From a virus (taxonomy: Duplodnaviria; Heunggongvirae; Uroviricota; Caudoviricetes), in the IMG/VR virus record IMGVR_UViG_2718218360_000013: DNA of 40,343 nt; one strand, given 5' to 3'. Below, in pieces: positions 7,353 through 17,691 of this stretch (positions are counted from its first letter, which is position 1; every line of letters begins with the position of its first letter). Below the pieces are notes generated by a model, which saw only the letters and a list, made by a program, of their open reading frames with translations, was not told the DNA's origin and made no database searches. The translations under genes were made by a program, and so were the position numbers.

Positions 7353-8428
7353 GTGATTTCCCCCACGGTCAGCAACTCTGTATCTCCGGCCATCACGGAC
7401 TTCAGCGGGCTGCGAACTTCAAAATCCTCCAGTCCTTTCACCCCTGCAACAGCCCGCCAGAATGATGAAGGCAATACAAGTCCACCCGGCCGCGATTCGT
7501 TATAAAGCAGGTCTGTTAATGCCTGTTTTACGGCAGCCTGATTTTCCGGCGTTTTGGGTACAATCCTGATCTCAAACGCCACCGGCTTATTGGTCAGCTT
7601 AAACACGCTGATTGTCGGCCCAAGTGGCTGACCAACGGGCTGGCCCGTCGCCGGATCATCATGACTGCGGATATAATCCGCCACCCGCTTCACATCACCT
7701 TCTCCGGGGAAAATGTCAGGGTTATTATCCTGAACAAAAGTCACACCAACACTACCCGCCTCAGGCCATTCAGGCTTACACCATGCCCGCGTCACGCCCG
7801 GTACTTCCCGTGCCCAGCGTTCAAAATCATACTGTGTTCCCCCTGATGGCGGGTTCTGTACCCGGAATACCAGCCTGGACAGCAACTCCGGCACCGTTTC
7901 CACATCCGCACCACCGGTGAGTCCCGTGCCGGTGACCGTGGCTGTCTGGTTGATGCCCGCCTGTGGCGTGATAAAGGACAGGCGGGTTCCGGTCGGGGTA
8001 TTTCCAGCGCGCCCCGCACTTTCCGCCTCCACATTAACATTCAGTGTTCCGGCTTTTCCGGTCGCAGAGCCGGTGATGCGGTACACAACCCCATCGCTTC
8101 GCTGAAGGAGTACGCCTTCCGTGATCCCTGCATCCGTGGTCAGCATCAGTTGTACCGGTCCGTCAGCGCGGGAAGCCGGTTTACGGATGACACCCCAGAA
8201 TGCGCAGTGTTTCAGGAGTTCGGCTTCATCAGCTTCTGTCGGAATTATCTGCCGGGAGATCCAGGCCAGATGTTCATGCTCCTGTGCTGACAGACCCGCC
8301 AGTGCATACGCAATGGCATTCAGGGTGGTTTCATTCACGCCCGGCTGCGAACCGGGCAGGCGCTGGCTGATATCCTGTTGTGTCTGTGTGATCAGTTGCG
8401 CCAGTGGTAAGGGCTGATAAGGCATCAT
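7343..8428 (-). CDS. Baseplate J-like protein (Mu gp47-like)
   Basis: 361 aa; position in the baseplate module. Confidence 0.7.
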   Translation of the reverse strand: MMPYQPLPLAQLITQTQQDISQRLPGSQPGVNETTLNAIAYALAGLSAQEHEHLAWISRQIIPTEADEAELLKHCAFWGVIRKPASRADGPVQLMLTTDAGITEGVLLQRSDGVVYRITGSATGKAGTLNVNVEAESAGRAGNTPTGTRLSFITPQAGINQTATVTGTGLTGGADVETVPELLSRLVFRVQNPPSGGTQYDFERWAREVPGVTRAWCKPEWPEAGSVGVTFVQDNNPDIFPGEGDVKRVADYIRSHDDPATGQPVGQPLGPTISVFKLTNKPVAFEIRIVPKTPENQAAVKQALTDLLYNESRPGGLVLPSSFWRAVAGVKGLEDFEVRSPLKSVMAGDTELLTVGEITWL

Positions 8429-8862
8429 TCCCCCTTCATATCAGCATAAAAAATCATCGGATGTCTGCTTCCGTCCGGCAGGGTGATTTTCACGGAAAGC
8501 GAAAGGCGAGCATGCCCCACACGCATGGCATGACATACCACGGATGTGGCAGCACCGCTTTTATGCAGCCACGCCAGCGCTTCATCAGCATAGGCCTGTG
8601 CACGGCTGACCACGGAGGACAGCGTCTTTTCACGGCTTAACAGCCAGAGACGGGAGCCAACGGGGCGCTCCCGGAAACTGTCTCCCCACCATCCCCGACG
8701 GTCACGGGTGCCGTCAGGGATTTCATCGGAATCCAGCGCCCGCCTGTCCGTAAACAGTGAAATAATGACCGCAGTCAGCAGGCTGTTATCCGTCAGAAGA
8801 TCTGCGCCGTTCAGTTGCAGGGAACCGCAACCCTGATCCCAGACGACAGCAATATCAGCCAT
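8425..8862 (-). CDS. Mu gp46-like baseplate protein
   Basis: Internal ATG at 8862 chosen (MADIAVVWDQG...) to avoid a 200-nt overlap with the upstream gene. Confidence 0.6.
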   Translation of the reverse strand: MADIAVVWDQGCGSLQLNGADLLTDNSLLTAVIISLFTDRRALDSDEIPDGTRDRRGWWGDSFRERPVGSRLWLLSREKTLSSVVSRAQAYADEALAWLHKSGAATSVVCHAMRVGHARLSLSVKITLPDGSRHPMIFYADMKGE

Positions 8863-9469
8863 TCTCTGGTCCTCCCGTTTTGCTGCCTTCACCGTTATCG
8901 TGATGCACATGACCTGAATAGGTGATCCCGGCAATAACCGCTTCGGACATCGTGAACGTCCCCTGTGATCTTCCGGTGCCGTCAATGGACACATTGCCTT
9001 TGACATGCAGGTTCTTATCCACTGTGACATTACCGGTAAAGTGAGCCTCCGGTGTATCCACCTGAACACCTTCATCGGCGTAAATCTCCAGCGTCTTACA
9101 GGTCACAATGATCCGGCCGTTCTTTGTCAGACGTATACGGTGCCCCTCATGGTGATACACGCCGGTATCTCCGGCGGTAAGTCCGGTCGGGCGACTGCGG
9201 CGGTCTTCCACCACAAGCACCACGGCCTGATCCCGTTGTCCGCCAGCACAGGCCAGAAAAACTTCCGCACCAGGCAGGGGGACGCTGATTTGCCCGTACT
9301 GCTGGGGGCGTTCAACGTCATCAAAGGTTTCACCATCCATACCGGTGATTTGCACATTCTGGATTTTCAGCGTGTCCGTTGTGCCGGTCAGTACACCACG
9401 CCCGAACAGCAGACGAACACCCCGCATCACGGGGGCCAGAAGGCGGCTGATGACTTCGTCATTCATCAT
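8855..9469 (-). CDS. Baseplate assembly/spike protein (gpV-like, Mu gp45-like)
   Basis: 204 aa; position between the gp44-like and gp46-like genes. Confidence 0.6.
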   Translation of the reverse strand: MMNDEVISRLLAPVMRGVRLLFGRGVLTGTTDTLKIQNVQITGMDGETFDDVERPQQYGQISVPLPGAEVFLACAGGQRDQAVVLVVEDRRSRPTGLTAGDTGVYHHEGHRIRLTKNGRIIVTCKTLEIYADEGVQVDTPEAHFTGNVTVDKNLHVKGNVSIDGTGRSQGTFTMSEAVIAGITYSGHVHHDNGEGSKTGGPENG

Positions 9470-10583
9470 TGAATTTAATCCCCTGTTTTTTCATCTGTGC
9501 CCGCACGAAGGCGTCCACGTCACCCGCATTTCCGCTTCCGCTGTTTCCCGGCTCTGCCGGAACAATAAAGCCGTCACGGGGTGCCAGAATCAGACGGGTG
9601 GTTTCGCCGTGATTTGCATCCAGCGAAAACTCCACCTGACAGACAAGAAGATCACGCTCTTCCACTCCGGTGCGGGGAGCCGTGACAGCCGTCAGCAGGT
9701 TGATATCCCACAACTGGCCGTTCTCCCGAAACCAGTGCCGCACGGTGGCTGTCAGGCGCACAGAGCGGGCAACCGCCCGGCGCATTTCCCGGACAGCCCT
9801 CTGGCGTGCACCGTCTGCATCAACAGCATGATCCGCCAGCACAATTTTCGGTCTGTAACGGTGGATGGCACTGTCTGTCACCGTACCAACGGGTGCGGCC
9901 AGCGTTCCGGCTGTCAGTGCATCCCCGGCATGACCACCACCACGCCCGTGCCCCCGTACACGGTATTCACTGTGGCGCAGACGGTGATCCACGTTGTGAT
10001 CCAAATCCAGCAGATTTTCGCCCAGCGTCAGCGTGTCGCCACGCTGACTGCCGGCCTGAGTGAAAACCAGTTCACCGGCGGCATTACTGGTTACCAGGAC
10101 GCCTCTGTGTCTCGCGGCCCGTGTCAGCGCATCTGCCACGGTTTCTGAGTTTTCCAGTGTGAAGGTGGAAAAGGGCCGGGCTGCCGTTGCATCATTTACC
10201 TGCCAGCGCACCGTGACCCCGAACGGAGCACACAAATCTGAAGCAATGTGCTCCAGCGTGCGGTTCCTCCACTGGCTGCCCGGATGAATGGCTGAACAGT
10301 CCACCAGGTCACCGGTTTTATCCCGTCCGCTGAGCGTGATCTGAAAACGCGTGGCGCTGATGCGCTGCCGGACCTGATCCAGCCAGCCAGTGATCACAGG
10401 CTGACCGTCAATGCGCAATTCCAGAGACTGACCGGCACGGACGGATGACGGAAGGCGTACACCGGGCATCATTACCCCCAGTTCAAAGGAGCCCGCCAGA
10501 TGTTCAAGAGAGCGACGAACACTCACCGTCAGCCAGCCGGAAAAAATCTCACCGCCCAGATACAGTTCAACCCTGCTGCTCAC
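9459..10583 (-). CDS. Mu P (gp44)-like baseplate hub protein
   Basis: 374 aa; position after the N-like gene. Confidence 0.7.
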   Translation of the reverse strand: MSSRVELYLGGEIFSGWLTVSVRRSLEHLAGSFELGVMMPGVRLPSSVRAGQSLELRIDGQPVITGWLDQVRQRISATRFQITLSGRDKTGDLVDCSAIHPGSQWRNRTLEHIASDLCAPFGVTVRWQVNDATAARPFSTFTLENSETVADALTRAARHRGVLVTSNAAGELVFTQAGSQRGDTLTLGENLLDLDHNVDHRLRHSEYRVRGHGRGGGHAGDALTAGTLAAPVGTVTDSAIHRYRPKIVLADHAVDADGARQRAVREMRRAVARSVRLTATVRHWFRENGQLWDINLLTAVTAPRTGVEERDLLVCQVEFSLDANHGETTRLILAPRDGFIVPAEPGNSGSGNAGDVDAFVRAQMKKQGIKFNDE

Positions 10584-11937
10584 TAATCACCTCCACTGAA
10601 TGGCCTCCGGGAATGAACAGCGGATCAACAATACCGTTACGGCGCACAAAACGTTGCCAGCCGGTACTGTTCCCGGTGGCACGGTACAGGGTCACCAGTG
10701 CAGGCTCGGTGGTACGTACAGTCACTACTGTTGCACCGGGTAGCTGAACTCCCCGTGTATTCAGATCCTCTGTCAGTGCCAGTCTGGCATCACGAAGCGT
10801 CAGCGCCGTGGCGGTATACCCCTGCCCGGACAGTGTCATCACCTGCCGTTCGAGCGCTTCGCTTAAGTCACGGTTAATGCGCTGAAGATCAACTGAACTT
10901 TCCAGCCAGACAGGCCAGGTACGGTGGGCTGCGTCACTGTCCGGCAGGGTTTCCTGACTGAGAACCTGATCCAGCAGTTTTCCCACGGTCTGTGCCTGGG
11001 CCACCACGGCAGCACTCTGCATTACCGCCCGTATCAGACGAATATTCTTTTGTGCTGCCGGTGTCAGACCGATGAGAGTCTGCGGATTATCCTGCTCATC
11101 CAGCACGTAACGCAGGGAAGATAATGTCCTGTACAGTTGCGGCATTCCCTGAGAGAAGGCGGATGTCGTCCGGCCGATACTGCCACCGGGCCGGGTATTC
11201 AGGCCTCCTGAAGACAGTGACGGCAGCGATGGCAGGGTGATCAGGGCACTGAAAAGCCCCGCAAAAGATGAGGCCATGCGGGAAGGTGCTGTCAGTAATG
11301 CCGTGGCATTCCCTTTCAGCGCCGTGAACGTGGCAGTAAAGGCACTGATATCCTGTACAATCCCCATGCCGGAAACGGCATTTTCCAGGGCGGACACCTT
11401 ATCGCTGATGGTTTCGGTCATTGCCTGGACATCGTGCATTCCGTCAGAAATCACCGTCCAGCCCGCTTCCAGGGTTTCAAAAACCTTCCCGAGCGCGGTG
11501 GTACTCTTCTGCTCCAGAATGGCGGCCGTGTCCTGTGTGACAGCAGGTGCGGTATCATCACTTACCGGCGTGACATTAATGGTGAACTCAACCACGCCCT
11601 GTTCAGCAGCGTTATAACGACTTTCAAAGCTGTTTATCAGCACATTTAACGTGCCGTAATCCGGGTGAAGCAGCTCCCCGGCACCGGGAGCACGAAGGGC
11701 ATCACGCAGACGATTTCGCTGTGTCTGAACATCATCCCCCATCACAAGTACACTGAACGTAAATTCAGCCAGTTTAGGTCCCAGATCGTCTGCACCACCG
11801 GTTTCCCGTAACGGATATTCCCGACGGACAATGTTTCGCCCGCCACGTTCGCGCTGCTCACGCCAGACGAGGAACGGCACACCACGGAACGCACCACGAC
11901 CGTCACCAGAGGCCATAATTCCCTCCGTTCCAGACAT
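10567..11937 (-). CDS. Mu N (gp43)-like DNA circularization protein
   Basis: 456 aa; immediately downstream of the tape measure gene. Confidence 0.7.
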   Translation of the reverse strand: MSGTEGIMASGDGRGAFRGVPFLVWREQRERGGRNIVRREYPLRETGGADDLGPKLAEFTFSVLVMGDDVQTQRNRLRDALRAPGAGELLHPDYGTLNVLINSFESRYNAAEQGVVEFTINVTPVSDDTAPAVTQDTAAILEQKSTTALGKVFETLEAGWTVISDGMHDVQAMTETISDKVSALENAVSGMGIVQDISAFTATFTALKGNATALLTAPSRMASSFAGLFSALITLPSLPSLSSGGLNTRPGGSIGRTTSAFSQGMPQLYRTLSSLRYVLDEQDNPQTLIGLTPAAQKNIRLIRAVMQSAAVVAQAQTVGKLLDQVLSQETLPDSDAAHRTWPVWLESSVDLQRINRDLSEALERQVMTLSGQGYTATALTLRDARLALTEDLNTRGVQLPGATVVTVRTTEPALVTLYRATGNSTGWQRFVRRNGIVDPLFIPGGHSVEVISEQQG

Positions 11938-13978
11938 TCACATCCAGTCCGTGACCGGACGTGTCATCAATATCAATACTGCGAGCCTGCCACCCTTCCG
12001 GGGCAACCAGCTCCACACGGGCAGAGGCTTTTTGTACCGCCTGTCCACTGCTTTCATCATCACTGCCCCGTAATTTCTGCCAGGCTTCAGTCAGCCATCC
12101 CCCCAGATAGTTACCGAGATAGCTGCCCACCGTAGAACCAATGGCAATCCCCACAGGTCCGGCTGCCGCCCCCAGCGCACCACCGGCAATACTGCCTGCA
12201 AGAGAGCCGACCGCTTCTCCCTTGTCTGTGGCACTGGCGCTGCCATCCAGCAGAACCGGGGCTGCCATCGCGCCAGCCCACAGGGCACCTCCACCCAGCC
12301 GGCCGGCCAGTCCACCGGCACTGCGGAAAAAGCCGGAGAAACGCCCCAGCCCCATGCGGCTACCGACAGACGAAAGTAACCCACCGGCGCGCCCCATCAT
12401 GCGCCCCCAGAACCCTGCCCCACCAGAAGAGGGAGACGGTGGCACTGGGGACGGTGGCAGGGGAGGCGTGACCGGTCTTCCGCGCCCCGGTCCGCGTTTC
12501 CTGCGGCCCCGCCCCTGACGTCCGCCTGAGGATGTATCGGTCGCGCCGGTGCCGGACAGTCCTCCTGTGGGCCAGTTTGTTACAAGTACTGGCTGAACGG
12601 CTGCCGGATTTACCCCGGTAAGAAAGTTTATAAAACGTTGCCCTCGTCCCTGATATGTGCCTGGTGGTGTTCCGGCCGGAGGAGAGCGCCGGAAAGGTGA
12701 GGTCAGGAAGGCCGCCGCTGATAATCCGTATCCCAGCAATGCAGCACCCGGACGTATAATCCCCGTTCCGACAGCCCGCGCCATTTTCAGGGCACGGGTG
12801 GCGAGATACATGTACAGCAGGTATTTCGCGGCGGTCTGTGCCCCCTGACCAATGCGATCCAGCGCATCACCATAGCCCGCATCCCGCAGAGCCTGAAGCG
12901 TGTCGCGTACCTTTCTGATCGCCTGATAAAACCCAGTCACTGCATCACGGGCATACTCAAAGCCCTGGTTCATGGCTGATGCCGTGCTTTCCGCCAGGGA
13001 ATGGTAACTGCCATCAGATTTGGCACTGTCAACCCATGAAAGAAATCCCCTGAGATTACCCTTCAGTTTTTCAAATGGCCCACTGTCCATCACATCCCGG
13101 GCAAACTGGTCCCAGACGTCACCCATCATGGCCGTCAGGCCACTCCAGGAATTCATTGCGTCCTTTTGTGCTCCCCTGGCCTGTTCCGCCAGCGTCTGAA
13201 ATAACAGGCGAATACTGTCCGGCCCAAGCAGCCCTTTTTCACCAAGTTTTCTGACCACTTTCTGGTCCACACCCAGACGATCAGCCAGCACGCGGTAGGC
13301 ATTAATGCCGTAGGTGGCAAGAATATTTGCATCCGCCGCCTGAATACTGCCTCTTGCATACATCTGTTTCAGTTGCAGGGATGCCCCCTGTGCATCGGAC
13401 AGTGACCAGCCGCCCACGGCACCCTGATCCTGAAGCATGGTGACAAAATTTCGGGCCTCCCTGTCACTCATACCAAAGCCCAGACTGGACGTATATTCCT
13501 GCATGACGCCAGCCAGCCCCCAGGTGGTTTCCTTCGCATTCTGTATTGCCCACCTGCGGACATCATCAGTTTTCGCCCGATCCCCTTTGTAAAGGGAGTT
13601 CAGGCGAATCATATAGGTTTCCATCTCCGCTGCCGGGCGAATAAATCCCCGGTTAAAGCCATATACAGCAGCACCACCGGCCAGCATTCCGTAAAGATTG
13701 CTGATCCGCCCGATGGTGCCGGTAATACTGCCCTGAAGACGGTCAAAATCAGAAGTGACATGGCGGATACTGCCCCGCACCCCGGCCAGCGTGCGCTGCA
13801 TCCTGCTTCCGAGTACATCTGTTTCCTGCCCGGCACGGCGGGCAGCATTTCCCAGGCCACCCAGCCCCGCCTGGCCGGAGCGTGAGAATGCCCCCAGCTC
13901 CTGTGACCACTGGCGGGATTTGGCTGAGATATTGCCGAGCAAATCAACTATCAGAGATGCTCTGAGATTTCGGGCCAT
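11903..13978 (-). CDS. Tail tape measure protein
   Basis: 691 aa; Gly/Pro-rich low-complexity C-terminal part; preceded by a chaperone gene pair. Confidence 0.85.
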   Translation of the reverse strand: MARNLRASLIVDLLGNISAKSRQWSQELGAFSRSGQAGLGGLGNAARRAGQETDVLGSRMQRTLAGVRGSIRHVTSDFDRLQGSITGTIGRISNLYGMLAGGAAVYGFNRGFIRPAAEMETYMIRLNSLYKGDRAKTDDVRRWAIQNAKETTWGLAGVMQEYTSSLGFGMSDREARNFVTMLQDQGAVGGWSLSDAQGASLQLKQMYARGSIQAADANILATYGINAYRVLADRLGVDQKVVRKLGEKGLLGPDSIRLLFQTLAEQARGAQKDAMNSWSGLTAMMGDVWDQFARDVMDSGPFEKLKGNLRGFLSWVDSAKSDGSYHSLAESTASAMNQGFEYARDAVTGFYQAIRKVRDTLQALRDAGYGDALDRIGQGAQTAAKYLLYMYLATRALKMARAVGTGIIRPGAALLGYGLSAAAFLTSPFRRSPPAGTPPGTYQGRGQRFINFLTGVNPAAVQPVLVTNWPTGGLSGTGATDTSSGGRQGRGRRKRGPGRGRPVTPPLPPSPVPPSPSSGGAGFWGRMMGRAGGLLSSVGSRMGLGRFSGFFRSAGGLAGRLGGGALWAGAMAAPVLLDGSASATDKGEAVGSLAGSIAGGALGAAAGPVGIAIGSTVGSYLGNYLGGWLTEAWQKLRGSDDESSGQAVQKASARVELVAPEGWQARSIDIDDTSGHGLDVNVWNGGNYGLW

Positions 13979-13980
13979 AC

Positions 13981-14163
13981 TTACTGCTTCGTTCTGATGA
14001 TTTTTTCTGTCTGTCGGCAGTGCCGGTAAAGTTGCGACAGGGGGAGGTTAAGCGCCCATTCCGGACCGCTTTTTGTCACCATCCCCAGGATAATTGCCGC
14101 TTCTTCAATCTGATCCCGACACTGCGCCTGATCGCCCCCGGTCAGCTGCCAGCTTTCCGGCAA
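13981..14163 (-). CDS. Possible frameshift extension of the tail assembly chaperone
   Basis: 60-aa ORF in another frame overlapping the last ~59 nt of the chaperone ORF, directly upstream of the tape measure gene. Confidence 0.3.
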   Translation of the reverse strand: MPESWQLTGGDQAQCRDQIEEAAIILGMVTKSGPEWALNLPLSQLYRHCRQTEKIIRTKQ

Positions 14164-14599
14164 GCGCGGTATCCAGCAGGCTGACCGCTGCCATCAGGCG
14201 GGAGAGATCGCGCTCGCTTAACTGTCCAATCTGACGGGGTGACAACGGACCTTCAATGTCTCCCACTGCGGCAATCTGACGGCGCAGCAGTGCAACACCG
14301 CGTAACGACGGAGACGCTATCAGCATCGGGCCATTGTTTGTCTCCACCACGCGCTCGGCTTCTGCTTCTGCGTCAATACTGTCTTTCGCTGTCAGTTCCC
14401 GGAACGTGACACGATATTCACGGGTCTCACCAAACGGCAGACCATCAAGCAGATCCACATATCCCTTTGCCAGTTGCTCTGTCAGCCCGGCAGTGCGTGG
14501 ATCAGCCCCCTCAAGTGCTTCCCGGATTGCCTCCATCACGGCTGCCTCGGAAACTGCCGTTTTTTTCTTACGTGTGGTCATTTTATTTTTCCTGATCAC
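14105..14599 (-). CDS. Tail assembly chaperone-like protein (Mu gp41-like)
   Basis: 164 aa between the tail tube and tape measure genes; GTG start in ORF track. Confidence 0.55.
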   Translation of the reverse strand: MIRKNKMTTRKKKTAVSEAAVMEAIREALEGADPRTAGLTEQLAKGYVDLLDGLPFGETREYRVTFRELTAKDSIDAEAEAERVVETNNGPMLIASPSLRGVALLRRQIAAVGDIEGPLSPRQIGQLSERDLSRLMAAVSLLDTALAGKLAADRGRSGAVSGSD

Positions 14600-14961
14600 T
14601 GAACACGGGTACTGGAGGCGCTGGCGAACTTCACGGAGATCTCCCCGCCACCGTCAAGCGAGGCCGGTTCACTGCTCCAGGCCTTCGTCATCATGTGGAC
14701 TTCGCCGGTATCCGCCACAAACTCGATAGTGACCGCAGTCCAGTTGTTGATTTCATCGGCGGCTGGTGAACCTTCTCCGCCTGCCGGAAATTTGCAGTCC
14801 AGCGTCGCTTCACGTGGTTTCTGGCGGTAACCATAGACTTTCGCGCCTTTCACCACTTCACGTTCAAAACCAGACGGAGAAAATGTAGCCCCCTCAAGCG
14901 TCTCGTATTCCTGACCGTTCACACGGATAGTGGCCGTACCCTGATACTGTTTTCCGCTCAT
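14596..14961 (-). CDS. Tail tube protein (Mu M-like)
   Basis: 121 aa directly after the sheath gene. Confidence 0.7.
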   Translation of the reverse strand: MSGKQYQGTATIRVNGQEYETLEGATFSPSGFEREVVKGAKVYGYRQKPREATLDCKFPAGGEGSPAADEINNWTAVTIEFVADTGEVHMMTKAWSSEPASLDGGGEISVKFASASSTRVQ

Positions 14962-14969
14962 GCCTTACC

Positions 14970-16472
14970 TCACAAAATGAAACGGATCTGTGCTGCCAGG
15001 AAGCGGAACTGGTTAACCAGATCCGGCGTGCATAACACGTCAAGACGGTTTCGATCTGACGCATTACGCTCCACAAGCAGATTCTTTTTAAAGGTGTCCA
15101 GATTTTCGACCAGCCCGAGTTCCACCCACTCTTCACCCAGCGAAATTAACTGAAGCTTCATGATCTCCGGCGTCACGATATTCTGACCGGCACGAACGGG
15201 CGTCCCGTCATCAGCCAGTTTATGGCGCGGAAAACGTTGTGTGATAAAAGTACGCAGGGAATAACGCAGCCAGGAGAGGGTGTAGATGGTTTCCACATCC
15301 AGATAGCTGGGATCACTTTCGCCGTACACGTTCTGGCGATACATGGTCACCTGACGTTCGATCTGAACCACATCACCGGCAGCCACACTGACCGTGGCAA
15401 TCCCTCCCCACAGCAGACTGTTACGCTCTTCACGCGTCAGACGATCGGCCGGAGCCGGGGCCATGCGTGACGGAAGCGCCAGCGTCTGAAGCGGACGCGC
15501 AGGATCTGCTCCCAGAGAGGGTGCACAGGTGGCACAGACCGCCGCTGCCCAGAGGTAATCCGGTTCAGGGGCTTTGGGAATGGATGTGCAGGTCGCCAGA
15601 AAATCATTGCGTTTTGCCCCGAATGCCTGCACCTCACCAAACGTGCCGGTATGTGCCAGCCACAGCACGCCGTCAGACATTTTGGCCGGTCCCCAGCGTT
15701 TCAGAAGCTCATCACTGATGATTTTCAGGTTTGCATCATCCTTATAGGGCATGACGACATAGTTGTACTGGCGATCGCCCATACCCGCCACGCTTCGGGT
15801 GATATCCGGGTTAGCCGCTTTTTGTTTCGGATAGGCTATAGCGACCTGTATTCCTTCCGGGGTTGCTTCCCCGTCGTGATAGTTCAGGCGCACATCATGA
15901 ACGGAGCATTCACCGGTAAAGCGGGCGGTGATCCCCAGAGACCCTTTCAGACCTGCGCCATTATCACCACTTCCTGCACCAGAGGAGGCCGTGAAGGGCG
16001 CGTCAGGATCGGCATTGATCAGCGCGGCCAGCTCGTCGGTCAGTTCTTTGCCTTTCTTACCTTTTGGTGCCGGGAGTGTATAACGCCGCCCCCCCACGCA
16101 GGCATAAACAATCCCGTCACGGGTGACCGTTCCGGTCAGATTCATGGCCGCAGCCGTTGCCTGTCCGGTGCCGTTCCCCTGAGCAATGGCATACAGTTCA
16201 GCATCAGGATTGATGGCGATAAATTCCGCCACCATCAGGGCAATCATGGAGCCGCGCCCCCAGAGTTCTGTTGCCTGAGACGCACGGGTGATCCTGACCG
16301 GAACATCCAGAACACCGGCACCGTCCACGGCATTCTCTTTCATTCTCGCCTGACCAAACAGCAGCACACACTGACGCTGTGCCGGAGTGCCGGTGACAGC
16401 CATGGAGTTATTAAACTCAACCTCAATCAGCGGTATACGGCGGTCATTACCGATCCCGTCAAAATTAATCAT
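14970..16472 (-). CDS. Contractile tail sheath protein (Mu L-like)
   Basis: 500 aa; position. Confidence 0.8.
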   Translation of the reverse strand: MINFDGIGNDRRIPLIEVEFNNSMAVTGTPAQRQCVLLFGQARMKENAVDGAGVLDVPVRITRASQATELWGRGSMIALMVAEFIAINPDAELYAIAQGNGTGQATAAAMNLTGTVTRDGIVYACVGGRRYTLPAPKGKKGKELTDELAALINADPDAPFTASSGAGSGDNGAGLKGSLGITARFTGECSVHDVRLNYHDGEATPEGIQVAIAYPKQKAANPDITRSVAGMGDRQYNYVVMPYKDDANLKIISDELLKRWGPAKMSDGVLWLAHTGTFGEVQAFGAKRNDFLATCTSIPKAPEPDYLWAAAVCATCAPSLGADPARPLQTLALPSRMAPAPADRLTREERNSLLWGGIATVSVAAGDVVQIERQVTMYRQNVYGESDPSYLDVETIYTLSWLRYSLRTFITQRFPRHKLADDGTPVRAGQNIVTPEIMKLQLISLGEEWVELGLVENLDTFKKNLLVERNASDRNRLDVLCTPDLVNQFRFLAAQIRFIL

Positions 16473-16714
16473 TGCGGTTTCTCCTTATCGGATGCCGGTT
16501 GGGCGACCGGTTTTTCTGTCGCAGTCGTTGCATCCGCAGATACAGCCGGAGCCTCTTCAGCGGCTTTTTCAGCCTGAATGACATCGCCGTCATCAAGACG
16601 CCGACACCAGAACGGCGTAAAGGGCTTTTCCTCCCCCTCCTGTGCCAGCGGGCGCATTGTGTCGGGATCACGAATCAGGCGTCCCGGCGCGGGTTTGATA
16701 AAGATGGTTTTCAT
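16469..16714 (-). CDS. Mu gp38-like small protein
   Basis: 81 aa; position. Confidence 0.55.
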   Translation of the reverse strand: MKTIFIKPAPGRLIRDPDTMRPLAQEGEEKPFTPFWCRRLDDGDVIQAEKAAEEAPAVSADATTATEKPVAQPASDKEKPQ

Positions 16715-17275
16715 TTACAGTTCCTCCGGCGGTTCGACCGCCGTTGTCGTGTTCCCCGGCAAATCAATATGTGCCTCAAACGGCGGCGTACCGGGCGGCT
16801 CCACAAAGGTTTCGTAATGACGCAGGAAGTCGTCCAGCGAGCTGGTATCGGTCAGCGGTGCGATCATTTCCTCGCAGGAGAAATAAAGCGCATACATCAC
16901 CGCACCACTGTCCGCCTGGGTTTCGGTGTAACCGTTGACCGCCTTTTCAAAGTAAAGCGGTGAGGTTTTTTCTGTTCTGAAGCCGTTAAGCACGGCAATC
17001 AGCCGGGCCACAATCTGATACAGTCCGGGACGGCTGGCCTCACGCCCGTTGAGCATGTCGCCGATGACGTAGAACACCCAGTGACTGACCAGGCGACCAC
17101 GGGTACGGCCTTCACCGGCACCCAGCCAGGCAACGTAGATCGCCGGGGCGTTAATCAGCATGGTGCGCAGTACGCTGTCGCTCCAGTCGCCGGGATGCGT
17201 GTCAACAGACACCAGTTCATTCCCGAAATACTCACGGATACGGGCGATGTATGCCTGTTCGGTTTCCGTAATCAT
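16715..17275 (-). CDS. Mu gp37-like protein
   Basis: 186 aa; position. Confidence 0.6.
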   Translation of the reverse strand: MITETEQAYIARIREYFGNELVSVDTHPGDWSDSVLRTMLINAPAIYVAWLGAGEGRTRGRLVSHWVFYVIGDMLNGREASRPGLYQIVARLIAVLNGFRTEKTSPLYFEKAVNGYTETQADSGAVMYALYFSCEEMIAPLTDTSSLDDFLRHYETFVEPPGTPPFEAHIDLPGNTTTAVEPPEEL

Positions 17276-17691
17276 ATGAAGCCCTTCTGGTTGCGCCCGA
17301 ATACCGCTGCATCAGACTGAACCTGTGGTAAATCCCCGGATTCAGGGGCCGCACCGTTCGTATCCACACCGACCGGCACATTGCCGTTCATGACATCTTT
17401 CAGCCAGGCCAGCGCTTCACGGTAACGGTCACGCGCCTGATCGGAGGCTCGCTGATCGCACAGGTAATAAAAGGCAATCGCGCAACAGTGCTGAACAAGA
17501 ACGGCCGGAATAACCTCCAGCGGCAACGTGTAACGGGCGGACAGATAGCTGTCGATAAGGGCTGACGCATCTGTCAGCGCCCGGTTCAGCTTGCGCGTGT
17601 CCGGCTCATCCGAACGGGGCACAGCCAGTAACGGCCTGAGCAAATCCTCGCGGTAACGCGCCCGCATATCGGTTTCAGTGGCGTAATTCAT
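17272..17691 (-). CDS. Mu gp36-like protein
   Basis: 139 aa; position. Confidence 0.6.
   Translation of the reverse strand: MNYATETDMRARYREDLLRPLLAVPRSDEPDTRKLNRALTDASALIDSYLSARYTLPLEVIPAVLVQHCCAIAFYYLCDQRASDQARDRYREALAWLKDVMNGNVPVGVDTNGAAPESGDLPQVQSDAAVFGRNQKGFI

Noticed and set aside
12141-12518. Plus-strand ORFs inside structural genes (e.g. 9345-10148, 12141-12518, 15651-16577, 25590-26183, 35879-36376, 36668-37186)
   Set aside because: Antisense shadow ORFs within long, well-supported minus-strand genes; low-complexity Pro/Arg/Ala-rich translations typical of reverse-strand reading of GC-rich coding DNA.
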